From Paraspadella gotoi (taxonomy: Eukaryota; Animalia; Chaetognatha): a stretch of DNA of 64,000 nt. Shown piece by piece: positions 1 to 12,839 of this stretch. Below the pieces are notes generated by a model that was not told the origin of the DNA, did no database searches, and saw only the letters and a program-made list of their open reading frames with translations. The position numbers were made by a program, and so were the translations under genes. Numbering within the stretch: the first letter of the stretch is position 1; each line of letters starts with the position of its first letter. The DNA lies in NCBI GenBank assembly GCA_051294375.1, contig CM119268.1, positions 10,686,148 through 10,750,147 of the forward strand, read 5' to 3'.

Positions 1-322
1 TTCTGTCCTCTTTTTTTCTTTAACTTTCTTTCTATCTTTATTTTAGCTTTCTTTCTTTATTTCTCTCCTTTTCTCTCTTTCTCAACGCGCCATGAATATG
101 AATGACCGCCCCCAAAGTGGCCTCCCGTGTATCCGCCCGTTCACGCGGAGCGAAAATCTCCGCGCGTTTCTTTCGTCGTCGTTTAACGCGTTTTATCTCC
201 TTTCCCACTGCGATTCTCTCTCCTACGTATTAGTAGATTGTCTCTTCCTCTCCATCCCTTATTTTTCATTTTCACTTCTATTCCAATAATAATTTAATTT
301 ACACTTTTTCTTCCTTCCTCAG

Positions 323-674
323 GCCTCAAAGGAACGCTGCCCCCTACCCCCGGGGCGTTTCCCCATCACCTGCCTCCGACCAGATTCGATCCCGGGACCC
401 TCATGGCTCAAACGCCAGACGTCTGCTTCGATTCCATGCAGTCGCCCCAGTATCAAGAGATCGACTCTCCGAGCCTCAAGATCGCCGGTAAGGAACGGTT
501 TTTCCCACGTGACGGGTTGAAACTAGACCGAATGACGTCGCCAGGACTTTGGCGCGTCCTCGTTTTGTAAACAAACTCCGCTGTAATTTTTATTTCGTCA
601 TAGAAGGAAAATGGATTTTTTTTTCTGCTTTTCTCGTTAACGACGCAATAAAATCCTCGTTTGGCGTCGATTCA

Positions 675-713
<39 letters not shown>

Positions 714-3700
714 ATTCTAATCCTAATGTTTTTCTCTGTCCAGCAATCTCGCATTGTATGACGGCAAACCAGCGGAAACACAGATTTTTTTATTCGTTTA
801 AATGCTTTTCTCAATGTCCTCCCCAGGCTCCCCACTGTTGGCTTCTGTTATTTCTTCTTTTATTTCTCGCATTTCCTCCTTTTCCCTTTTCATTTCCCCC
901 TTGTCTTTCTGTCTTTCTCTTTACCCGCTCCTATTCTCTCTCCTCCTCCTCGGTTTATCTTTTGCTTTTTAACCCCAATTTCCTTTTTCAATCCTTCCTC
1001 GTTTCAAACTCCTTTTCGTTCCTCTGTTGTCACGTTATTTTCTTTTCTTCTCTATCCAGCCCTTCGCGCCCACGCCGGCGAGTCCATCCCTCCCTACGCG
1101 ACGACGACCCTCGTCATGAAAGACGTCTACTCGTCTCCCTTTAACGCGTTGCCGGCGTCTTCTTCGGCATCGGGCGCCGCCCTTTCGCCGCCGGGACACC
1201 ACGGCGCCACCATGATGCCGGGCGGCGGAGTTTCGTCAGGCAATCCTCTGGCTGGGTGTCGGACTTCCTACGACGCCCCGTGGGACAATCCGCTTAATCA
1301 CTGCTGTCCCGAGGCAGCTGCCGCAGCGGCTGCGGCCGGTGGCGGAGTGCCGGGAGGGGCGGCTACGATGCATCCTGGCGGCGGACTCATTCAACTGTGC
1401 GGCGGACCGCCGGGAATGAGGTGAGTCTATTCATTAAAGGACTGCCTTGAGTAAGGTGAGTCAATTGGATGACCCTTGAGAATGAGACAGCCGAAGTCCG
1501 GACGCTGGATACAAAACTATGCGTTATGACTGGAACGGAGGTGAGAGAGACTGACCGATCGTAAAAAAATCCGCTCTAGGCCGCCGATGGGCGCCACCAT
1601 GGGCCACCTCTCCTCTTCGGCGGCGGATTGCGCTCCAATGAGCCACTTGGGCGGCGGCCCCGTGGCCACGAGCCTGGGCATCCCCATGAGCGGCCTGGCT
1701 GCGCCCCTCGGTTGCGTCTACGACGGGCGGGCGGCGACTCTTGGGAGGCCCAAGCATCATGGCGACGGAGGTCCCGGCGAGATCGGCACATATCAGCGGA
1801 AAAAGAAACACAGGTAGGGAAGTGGACGGATAAATGTGCTTTTCTCTCAGACTATTCTTTCTGACAATGACGTTGAGAATGAAGAAAATTAGATTGGAGG
1901 ACGAATTTTGACATTACTTTGACAGATCCTTTTTCCTTTTCAATTTTTCGCTTCTCTTCTCTTCCTTTTCTTATTCTTTTTCTTTTTCTTTTTATCTCAT
2001 TCCTCGTTCCTCCTTTCTCAGGTCTTCTGCAAGCTCAGGTGGAAAACACGGTCATTCCCATCACCTTCCGGCGGGCCTCGGCGGCGGTGGCGCAGGCGGA
2101 TTAAACCTCGCCGACGTGATTCCGCCGCCACCGAAGCATCCGCCCCCGGGCGGCGAGTATTCCCCGCCGGATTCGCCGCTTTCGTCAGCTAGAACGAGGT
2201 CTCCTCAGGTGAGACGAGTATGGTGTTTTTGCTTGTTTGTCATTCGACGTTTTGCGTTTTGTAGTTAATTGTTGATTTATGGACGTACATTCATCAAAAA
2301 CGTTTTTCCGTCATGGCGTCGGAGCGAAGTTTCACGCGACTTTTAAGCCGCACCGCCTTCATCACAAATCCTCAAACTTTGCTCGTAGCTTTTCAAAAGA
2401 TTTTAGGCGGAACGCAAAAATTTTCCACTCAGCAGTTTCTCTCCTCATGGTCGGATCCCATATTTGTCAACTTTGAAAGGGCGAAGTGTTTTTATCGCCA
2501 ATTGTTCCCGTCGAAACGACGCTTCGAAACCTGTGGCTGTGCTTTTTTTTTCTTATTGTTATTCGTTTAATTTTAAATCTCGAATTGATAGAAACTCTCA
2601 ACCCTTCCTGTCCCTCGTCCACTTCCAGTGCAACTGCGTGGCTCCTGGTCGATTGATCAGCTCCAAGAGTCACCACAGCAAAGATTCCTTCAACCTGGAC
2701 CCCACCCACCACGGTCATCTCGACCACGCCCACGCGGCGCTCGAAAGTCCTCACGACCACGCCCACCTTCCCCACCTGATCGGCGGCGGAGGCGTCTACG
2801 GGACCCCCAAGTCACCCCGGTGTTCGGGGGGTGGTAGCACCGGTGGAGGGCATTATACCTACATAAGCGAGTTCGGCGGCGACGCCGTCTCGCGCGCCGG
2901 AGGCATGATGCCCTTAGGTAGGAATTGAAGAGTGGGGATTGTCGATCCCCGTGTTGGCCAACGACCACCGTTATAAATTCACCTTATATATTCAGGCGGC
3001 GCTCCCGGAGCGATGATGTCCATGGGCGGACCCGCGGGCGTTTACGGCGCCGGTAACTACTACCATCCCGCGACTTCGTGCGGCGGCGGCGCCCCCGGCG
3101 CCTACATTCCTCTCAACTCGTCCAGCAATGGAACGGTGGCCACCGCCAGCACGGAACTTTCGTCTCAGGCTCGTGGATGCTTTGCTATTATTGATTTTAT
3201 TCTAAATTTATCATTGGTAATTCCCGTTATCTAAAATTCATATTAAATATTTTTTTAGGACGGCGAGGAAGGTGCTCCGTCGCCCTTCCATCAATGCGGC
3301 GTCACCGGAACCGGAAATCCGGCGTCGTCCACGAACTCTCCGCATCCGGCGTCGTCCGGCGGTGCTTTCGATTCCGGCATCGACGGTAGCGGCGGCATCA
3401 ACGGCATCAACGGAATGCAGGTAAAAAAATATTTGTTAATAACTAGCCACGGTTTTACTTTCAATGATTATATAAAATATGTCGATAATCAATTTGATCC
3501 TTCAATGACAATGAGATGAAAACAAAACTAAATAATTCCGGAGATGACATGATATTTTATTTTCTCCAGATTTATTTTTTATTTTGTTTTCCTCTTATTC
3601 CTCTATTGCTTATAAACAACTACATCAAAACATTATGCCAAAATCTGAATCTGAGACAAACAATTATATCTGCCCTTTTCTCCCCCCCTAACTCTCTCTC

Positions 3701-3719
3701 CATTTCTCCCTGCTCAACA

Positions 3720-3779
<60 letters not shown>

Positions 3780-4752
3780 TCTCTCTTCCCTTTAATCTCA
3801 GCATCTTCTCGACGCAACCATGGACCGAGAGATTCAGTCTTCCCTCCCTTCCCTCGCCTCCGACCTTTCGGCCACCACCTCCTCACTCCGTCGCGGAGAG
3901 TCGCTGCAGCAGCATCTGCAACAACAGCATCAGCAGCTGTACGGCGGCGGCGGAGATTACCATAATCCCATTATGCCGCAACAATTTCATCACCACCATC
4001 CGCTCATGCAGCAGCAACAACAGCCGCAGCAACATCCCATGATGTATCAACATCATCCTCCCCCTCCCGGTGTACATAATGCTGCCCCTCAGCTGCTGCA
4101 CGGCTTCAACTCGCCGCAGCTCCAACACCACCCCCACCACCATCATCATCCTCATCATCATCATCATCCCCAGGCTTCCTCGCCGCTCGGCGTTCTCCCG
4201 CCGTCGCAGCACTATCTCCCTGGCGGTGTACTGACCCCGCAGCAAATGCAACAGCAGCAGCATCGGCAAATGACTCAGCCGCCGCAGCAACAGCAACGGC
4301 GCAACAACAACGCCTCCGATTCCTCCTCTCGCCCCGGATCGTCGTGCTCTTCCGGGTCTGCTTCGGCTTCGGACGAGGATCCTCGGCGTCATCTCGGCGG
4401 CGGGACGCATTCTTCGGCGCCGCCGCCGCCCACTTCCGGTCCGCCTTCGTCCGGTGTCAACGGCGCCGGATCAAGCGACGACAGTGGCGCTGAATTGCGC
4501 GACGCCGTCGAGCGCGCCGCTCAACTGGCGAGCGCCGTTTCCTCGGCCGCCTCTCCGACTACCTGTCACCGTCCCCTCAATCTCAACGGAGTCGTGAACG
4601 GCGTATCGTCGCCGACGCCCGTGACGGCCTATGGCGGAGTCGTCGTGGGTCCCTTGTCTAGTCCTCCACCCCCGCCCGTGACGTCGGCGCCTGATTCCCC
4701 CGCCTCTCCCATCAAATCGCCAGGTGGGGGAGAAAGAGGAGAGGAACGGTGA
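323..4752 (+). CDS. robo: Roundabout (Robo) receptor, 3' part encoding the cytoplasmic tail; 5' exons lie upstream of the window
   Basis: Phase-compatible exons: 323-487, 1060-1420, 1580-1813, 2022-2208, 2629-2917, 2996-3168 (GC donor; alternative GT donor at 3217), 3259-3420 and 3802-4723/4752. The translation contains Robo-type motifs in the expected order: CC0-like QYQEID, CC1 PPYATTTLV, CC2 LNLADVIPPPPKHPPP and CC3-like PPPPPV. The true stop is uncertain: TGA at 4750-4752, or splicing at 4724 to a further exon near 5648-5808. Confidence 0.85.
677..712 (+). repeat. (CCG)n trinucleotide microsatellite in a robo intron
   Basis: Perfect gcc/ccg run; it accounts for the poly-Pro and poly-Gly ORFs in the track. 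Confidence 0.9.
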
Positions 4753-7700
4753 TGTTTTAATCCTGGGGATAAAGGGTGAATCAATATTAAAAGAAATATG
4801 TCCTGGGTTGCTTTTTACATTCCGGGAAAGCTTAAGTGTTAGTTAAGTTACGACAGCTTACCTAGAATGAGAACCCTTACCAGTCCTAAATGTATTAGGA
4901 GAGCTGCATTGAGGCATTTTGATCGCACGACATTCGCTTTATTAGTCTTTTTAGTTTTCATTGTTTTGTGTAACTTGGATTAATCCACCGCAAATTTATC
5001 ATCCTATGACGATCAGGGTATTGTTCTTAAATAATAAAATATTTAGATTTCGATTATTAAAATTAACTTTCTGCCCTGATTGTTACATTCTTGTATAAAC
5101 CTGTAGTGTTGATATTTAGTTTTGTTGATGAATTGAAATAATTAGTTACCAGCATGATCAACTTTTAAAATTCCGACTTTTATCATATTTTATTTTTCTT
5201 TAAGAACCACTATTCCAGAAACTACATCCGCATGGTTTTTTTTATATTGCTTTCTTTTTTGAAGCTGTTATCGGTACATTATATGATTAACTTAATAACT
5301 AATCAACCTAATGTATGGTATCCTCTTTGTTCAATGTGTTCTTTTCGTTGTATCTTTTATATTTTTAGTTTTTTAAACATTTTACTTCCTTGCCTGAGCG
5401 GAATGCAGTCCGATTTGTTTTACGTGAAAAATAATATTAAATTTCGATCTTGGTTTTGTTTTCTTCGCACGTGTTACTTTATTTTGCCATAAAAACGAGC
5501 TGTTTGTTTTATTTCGTGATGAACTTCTTTTTTTAATCATTTGTTTAAAAAAAAAAATACACTTAAAAAACTGACTTGATTTGACCCCTTTTTTTATTAA
5601 TCCCTTTCAACCTAAACGTTTCCAATTATCTACCCTCTCGGTTGAAGGACCTAAGTCACATCGGCTATGGAGAACGAGAGACTCCAAAGCAAAGAAATCG
5701 TCCGTGAGAGACGATCGAGGGAACAGTCAGTCAACCAATCATTCACCGAACCAGCCAACCAATCAGTCCACCAATCGAGATGCTAAAAAAGAATACGGAT
5801 ATTTATAAATTTGCTCCATCAAGAAGTAAAGTTTGTTTTTATTAAATTTCTTCCATCTCTTTCCCTCCTTTTTCTCTCTTCCGCTGCTGGCATCGTGGAT
5901 TCCGTAAATTGGAAATTTCTCTTGCATTCTCTCTCCCGCGCCAGTTGTATTGGCTTCTGGTCTCAATTCGGCCGATCAGCGTCTTATAGCCTGAAAACGC
6001 ACACCAGAAGACTTTTTTTTTGTGCCGTCTTCGCTCTCTCCAGACTCCACGTCACTATACTTGACTTTTCCCTCTCGTGTCATTTTCCGCCTTTGAATTC
6101 CTTCGTACGAAACAAATTGGAAAAAAGAAAAAAAAATATTTGGATTAACACCAGCCTGCATCCACCCTTTCGTCAACGCTTTCCTCCTTCCATATTATTT
6201 CACCTCCCCCGCCCCGCCCCCCCCCGAAAAAATCTCACAAACGGCTCAAAACAACGTTGATATCGAACTTACTGAATTCCGTGATGCGACGTCAACGACG
6301 TGACCCTCGCACGACTCACGCACGTGACCTCGCCCGCGCAAAAACATCCGTTGCTAACTGTCCCTAGTCGGCGCCACCGACATCTGGTCCCCCCGCGGTG
6401 AGAGACGGCAGGTGCGGTCGTCCGAACTTGATTCGGACCTGGCATCTGTCATTTGCGGCGTGGCTTGGTTGACCCTTGGGCACTGACTCCTTGCCACGGC
6501 GTCTTTCTCATCATCCTGCGGCGCGACCCGCGAAGCGCCTCTTTCCGTTACCCATTGGGTGAGTTATTAAAACCACCACGGACCACGGAGTATATAGCGG
6601 TATATCTAATAGTTTATACCTAAATGAATATAGTTATAAAATTCGGTTGAAGTTTAAAATGAAATTAAAAGTTCTAAAAAATTTTTAACAAAACATTTCG
6701 TTATTCGACAATACGACTAAAAAGTTAGAACTCGGGGCTTTTGTAGGCATGTCTTAAATTTTTACGAGTCATATCGAGATTCCAAAGAATGGCTTCTGTT
6801 GCGCAACAAAGAATTAACATCATTAGCCATAGAATGGTTGCGCGTCCAGAGATGCGATAACAGATGATGAAAAAAAACGCCGCTTCTCTCCTCCGTTTCC
6901 ATGACAATGAACGGAGGAACGTATAAAGGGATGGAAAAAGGAAGGGTGGATTGGACATGCAGACAATTCTGAGAGCGAGGGGAGGGAAATATATAGGAAG
7001 ATGCAAAGTTCTGGATTTAGCATGAAATGAGTACGAAACTATTAGTGAGAAGTGCTTTGTCATAATGTTGGTGAAAACCCTGCTTTTTCGATTCAAAATT
7101 CTGCCGAGATTTCAAAAAAATGGGTACATATATCGCGACAAGCTTTTGATGAGCCCATTCTATTGCAACGTGCGCTGCAATGGGATTGAGTTTCTTCATC
7201 TTCGCCGATTGTGAAGAATGAAGGAGAATGAAGCCACGCAGCTGCATCGAAGGTCGCCGCTGCTGTTGCTGATCCCGTATTCACTGCTGCCGCTGTGCCT
7301 CTGTTCCAATCCCTCTGTTTAGAACAGAGCGAGGGATGAGAATGGGAGAGGGAGTGAGAGATGGGATGCATCTGTAGTACCACCGGGTTTTTTGGAAATA
7401 ATTTTTCGAGGCCATCAATTCATAACCATTTAATGAGGAAAGATCTTTTTAAAATTTACTTATTTTGTTTATCATTGAAATTGGAACAACCAATATAAAT
7501 ATGGTAGATAATTAAAAATAACAGAGAAGCGAAAAAGAAACGTGCTGCTGTTTTTGTTCCACTATCGCTTATTCTCTATCTATTCAACAATTTAGATGGA
7601 ATATTGGGAGGTAAAAATTCAGTTATTCAATATTCTTTTTTTAAATTCTAAGTTATAAAAGATATTAATTCAAATAATTAGAAATGTATGTATATGAAAT

Positions 7701-10700
7701 TTGTAGATTTTAGTTCTACATCAAGTGATGTATTCCTCGAATCAAAATATATATGATAATCATTATGATCATTTCATTATTCGTAAATTATTTTTTGTTG
7801 CTCTTTTTTAAGTTATCAGGATGCGTTTCTTCGGCAAAGCCGTTGAGGGCTAAAATTTTCGTAAAACAAAAGATATCGTTTTATTCACGCAACTTGGTGC
7901 TTAGGACAGATCAAGTCAAGTATGGTCTGAACTACGTAAGGTAGACTCTCGAATTAAAAACTTTGTTTCACGAACGACTGCTTGGAGTAATCAACACCAA
8001 GTCACGGGTTTTAACCTTTTTGATGGATCTATCTTATCTTATGGCTGAACCTGAGGGGAGTAACATATCTTGTTTTACATATATTTTAGACCAACGGAAT
8101 ATATTTTTACAATTGCTCAATTTGAAATAATAATTTTTTTAAAATATAGGATAAAATTTTGCCAGACTAACTAATGTAGCAACGGGTCATGAGAAAATGT
8201 TTCCCTGTAATCAAAGCAGTATCTTCAACCCAGATACTTTGTTGTTACAATAATGTTTACAATAGTTTAAAGAATATCATAGAATAGGCGGATTTTTTCT
8301 ATCTCCTCTTCTATATCACAAAAATATACTGTTTATACATTCAAAAAATAATTGCTCTTATTTTTTTTCCCTTCTCAGACGGTGCGACATCTGGCGAATC
8401 AAAAATCAAGATATACAAAGACAAAAAACTTTTGGATAGATAATCTCATCCCTTTTTTTTGGTTACTGTTCTGTTTGTCTAGTTTTTTCTTTTTTTTTTC
8501 TATTCACATTTGGCTTCGTCAAAAGCTTTTCCAAAATTCTTGACACGAAATTAATTTTCGAAATTTTACGGTTGGAACCGTTTTGCACTTTGTACCAGAC
8601 ATAAAACATTCAGTTGGATCTTTAAAAATCGCTAATACCCCAACTACCATCATGTTCAGCTATCGTTCACCCCTACCATAACTTTGTTATCTTAATTTTT
8701 CTTGGCTTCAATTTTACTGTACCAAAATATATATATATATATATTTCAGTAGATAATAAATTTGTAAAGCTAGTTGAATTAATCTATTTGCGTAGCCTTC
8801 GTGCCGGATGATAAACATAGGTAAAAATATTTGGTAATTGGTTTCATTACCTTTTTCCAACACCATTTTTGGAAAACAAACGGACGAATGTCTGAGTCCT
8901 TGGCGTTGACCGAGATGATCCCTGACTCCTTTCTCTGTAATATTTAATTTAAAAAAAGGTGAAGTCGAATTTTCTCGACTAGCGGAAGCTCAATTTTCTG
9001 AAAGGGTTTTTTCTTACTCGTATTTTCTCCTCTTCTCGCACGCAATTTTTCCCCTTCGAACCTAGGGATTGTATTTTTTTTTTTTAACAAAAAAAAAAAG
9101 AAAGAAATCATCAAAATTTTACAAACAAAAACCTTACTCCAATTGCACGCCGCTATACTTAATTTCTGAAAAATGACCAGATTCAAATTTTTAGTTCTTG
9201 TTTTAATATTTTTTCACTAAATTATTATTCGGAAATGTTTCGAATAAGCGGACTTTTTATTATTATGACCTGTAGTTAATGCGTTAACTGTAAATATTTC
9301 GAACGGAAATCTCTTTTATTTATTGTTTAATTTAGATTAAATCTTTGGTTATTTCGTTTCGCTTTCAAATCTAAAAAGAGAATAGTTATACCTTTGTTAA
9401 CAAAGTATTATAAAACAGTTAAGAATTCCTAACAATGTCATTGTTTTGACTGATATTGAACTAATAGTGATACACCTGTCGTTATGTTGAGAAGGAAAGC
9501 AATTTAGGTCTCGCCACTATTTACAACTTATTTCGGCATTATTAATATACATATTCATTCCAGTCAAGTATCAACCAAATTTCTATTAACCTGTTTATAA
9601 GGTAGAGGGCGTTAAAATTAATTAAAGAATTAATTAATTAATTACAATCCCGCAGGTCTTCTCCTTTTTTTTAATAATGTTACGATTTTTTCGAAAATTC
9701 TTGTTGCGAAACCTAAAATATATTTCCACTTCGAATAGTGATTGGTGACGAGTATGAAACATTTCTGCACGGTACTTACTTCGATGATATTAAACGATTA
9801 ATCTTTGTCAGAAAATGCACTCTTAAACCTCAGTACGTAATTTGGATATCGAACGAATAAAGACAAAATCTCGAGCGAGTGATTCGATATGGACCTTGTT
9901 CATAACATTTTAAAATTATGTAAATTTCGTTGCTAATTATTTGTAAAAAAAAGTCTGTTTCTTCTTGTAAAGTTGATCCTAAAAAAATGATATAAGTATG
10001 AACTGTCTTTTTTTTTAAAGCTTACAAGCAATGCACAATTGCATAGTGCAAAGATTCCTAGCTCGAAGCAATAATCATAGAAAGCGTTGATTGTTAACGC
10101 TAAACCAGTTTTCAGACGAAGGGTCGAACCAAATAGGTTGGAACTGGAAGTAATTTTTTAGTCGCCGGGCGCCAGATATGAAAAAAAAAGCCGTCGCTCG
10201 TTCTTGGCGCGTGACGTCTCGCCTTTTAATACAGGATAACGCGGAGCGCGAGTGCGCGTCGCAACGACGAATCTCCCCTCCCGTCGCGCGACGCGTACCC
10301 TTTCTCCCCGGCGTAGTCGCACGCTTCATCGCACGCGCGCTTCAACGTGTGTCAATAGCAAGACGATACGCGACGCGGTGGATTTATTGCGTCTCCGACT
10401 TTTTGCTCCAACTTTTATTCCCTTTTATTTTCCTCCTTTGAATTTCGGGGTCAACTCGAGCGAAAGTTTTCACTTCCACACATTTTTTGTCGAGGGCGGG
10501 TTGAAACGTGGGGGCGGGGGGGGGAGAGAGATTTCGAAAGAGTCTCAATTTTCCCGTTCTTTTTTTTATTTTTTTCCTATTTTTTTTTTCATTACTAATT
10601 TTCTTTTGTTGCTCCTTTGTTCTCTGTAAACTTTTTTTTTAAATTCTCCTTCCATAATAAAATCCACTTTGGTTTCATGTTGAAATCTCTGTCTACTTAC

Positions 10701-11665
10701 TTAAAAGCGCCGGTGGTAAATATCATTTATGTTTAAAAACTACTTTTTTTTTCTTTCAAAGTAATTCCTTTATTTTTCTTCTTTCCTTTCTCCTTTGTTC
10801 TTCACCAGTTTTTTTATTTCCGTTATCTTCCTTTCTTCCCCATTGCTTTCGATCATTTTTTTCATTTCTTCTCTGATCTTTTCCCCTTCATATTTCCTTT
10901 ATTTTCCACCATTTGCTCAATTTCTCTTTTCTTTTCCCCTTCATCTTCCTTCCTTTCTTCTCATCTTCCTTCCTCTATTATTTTCCACCATTTTCTTCAT
11001 TTCTCTTTTCTTTTCCCCTTCTTTTTCCCCATCTCCTTTTTCCTCTTTTTTTCCACCCAGGACTCTGGCCATATAACGGTCGCACGGCAGTTGTTTGCCT
11101 TTATTATCCACAGACTTTTCTTTTTTGGATTTTGAGCTCGAATCTCGAAATCCGTCGAGATCAATGAAAACCGAGGGGGGGGGAGATTGGGGGGGGAGTC
11201 GCGAGCGGGGAGGGCGATTGGGTGAGGCTCGCTGCCCGGAGGCGATGGAAGAGAGAGTCGGACGTCGGTAGAGATGGTCGAAGGCTCGGGAGAAGTTGGA
11301 GTTTTCGTCCAAAAGAAAAGGAATATGACAAATAAAGGTCAACTATCAAAAACTTTCGTTTGAAAAAAAAGAAGAAAAAAAGATGTAATCGTATTATCGG
11401 AATGAATTCTAAAGATAGGTACTTTAAAAATAGAAAATTAACTAAACAGACGTAGCTATTTTTGCTAATTAAAAATCCTCTTTAGGACCATTTGTTTTTC
11501 TCGTGGAAATTCCATAACACGCCATTTTCTCATTTCAGTCAAAAACCCAAAGTTTTTTTTCTTCCTTTCTCTTCTTTCTATCTCTCGATCCCTCTTCGTA
11601 CTTTCGACTCCATTTTTCTTCTTTTCCTATTTTAATTCCCCGTTTTTTTTTTCATTCATCTCAAC

Positions 11666-11736
<71 letters not shown>

Positions 11737-12581
11737 ATCAAAAGGAATTAAATTTTCTTCCCCCCGTTTCTGTCTCTCAATTCGATGATTTCATGACTCC
11801 GAGATTCGCCCATGTCTACTTTCCTAATTTTTATATTTTCCTACAATCCCTAGACTATGTCCCCTTTTCAGGAAAAAAGCTACGGATTTCAGGGGAAAAA
11901 ACGTCTTTCGACGAAGATTGATTGTTTAATGGTTTCCTCTGAAATCTCCAGTTTAAAAGAACCCGACAGAAAATCAATGAAACTCGGGGTCGGATTTCGG
12001 AAATGTTGAGCGATGTCTGTTTGTATTGTAGTTTGTAGATTTTAGTTTTATCTCTCGGGACGACGATGACGACGAAGGTAAAGACCCAAGGAACCGACCG
12101 TTTGAAAATTAAGAATTTTGTTAGTTTGTTTGGTTTTTTTTTTACTAAAAATAAATAAATCAAGGTGTTTTATAAATAAGAAATTGGTACAACCAGTATA
12201 AAAATTATCCCTTCATTTAATAAATAAGCTATCTTTCCCCTGACTTTGGACATATATTTTAGAGGAATCCAAGTTTTGAGACTGTATTTTCGGGGCCAGT
12301 TTTGAGTGGCTCCTAGAGTTTTCTGGGTGGACCCCTTTTTTTTTTAAAACTAGTTCCTCAAAGCTCCCCCCATTCCCTCTTTTTGGGCCCGAGAGAGGAA
12401 AGGTCTCGACGTCAGAGTTAAAAGAGATTTTGTTCTTTGAGATTTCGAGTTCAACGCAAAGAGACGCATTTGCCAAAAGAACAAGTTCGCCGATCCCATC
12501 TGATCAGTGGTCACTGTCGATTCCCCCGAGGCTGAACAAATGTTTCCTGACCTCGTCTACCCAGCCAAAAAAATATATAGT

Positions 12582-12839
12582 ATGGCAACAGCCGGGTTGC
12601 CTGTGATGCCCATTGGGATGGGGCATCTCACTGTTGGCTTTGGGGGCTTCCGACCCTCAGTGACGCCTCCAGTCACTGGCGCGGTTACCCTAGGACGGTC
12701 TCGCTTTGCCAACGCAGAGGGAAGTCGTGAGGACTGTGGATGGAACACTACGCTTGGGATGGTGTGTTCCCCCTCTGAGCCAATGGATTTGGCTGAAAGA
12801 TGGTGGACGCGAGGCGGTGTGAATATACCGCCACAATAG
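12582..12839 (-). mobile_element. SINE-like dispersed repeat, family A, copy 1 (carries a twister motif)
   Basis: About 255 bp, nearly identical to 22394-22650. On the minus strand it has an A-box-like TGGCTCAGAGG, a B-box-like GTGTTCCATCC, the twister fold, two 3' hairpins (GATGCCCC/GGGCATC and GGCAAC/GTTGCC) and an AT-rich tail. Confidence 0.8.
12633..12713 (-). ncRNA. Twister ribozyme-like motif, circular permutation type P5 (family A)
   Basis: Minus strand reads GTTGGC-AAA-GCGA-GA-CCG-TCCTAGGG-TAA-CCGC-GC-CAGTGAC-TGGAGGC-GTCACTG-AGGG-T-CGG-AA-GC-CCC-CAAA-GCCAAC. Pairings: P5 GTTGGC/GCCAAC, P2 GCG/CGC, T1 CCG/CGG, T2 GC/GC, P3 7 bp, P4 GGG/CCC. The UAA cleavage motif and the GA catalytic motif are intact. 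Confidence 0.8.

Noticed and set aside
6375-6445. Short matches to vertebrate 7SK (CGACATCTG, TTGATTCGG)
   Set aside because: The paired GATC motifs and terminal elements of 7SK are absent, so this is probably coincidence.
6725-7383. Cluster of minus-strand ORFs, some Cys-containing
   Set aside because: No recognisable domain, no consistent frame and no convincing splice chain; left unannotated.
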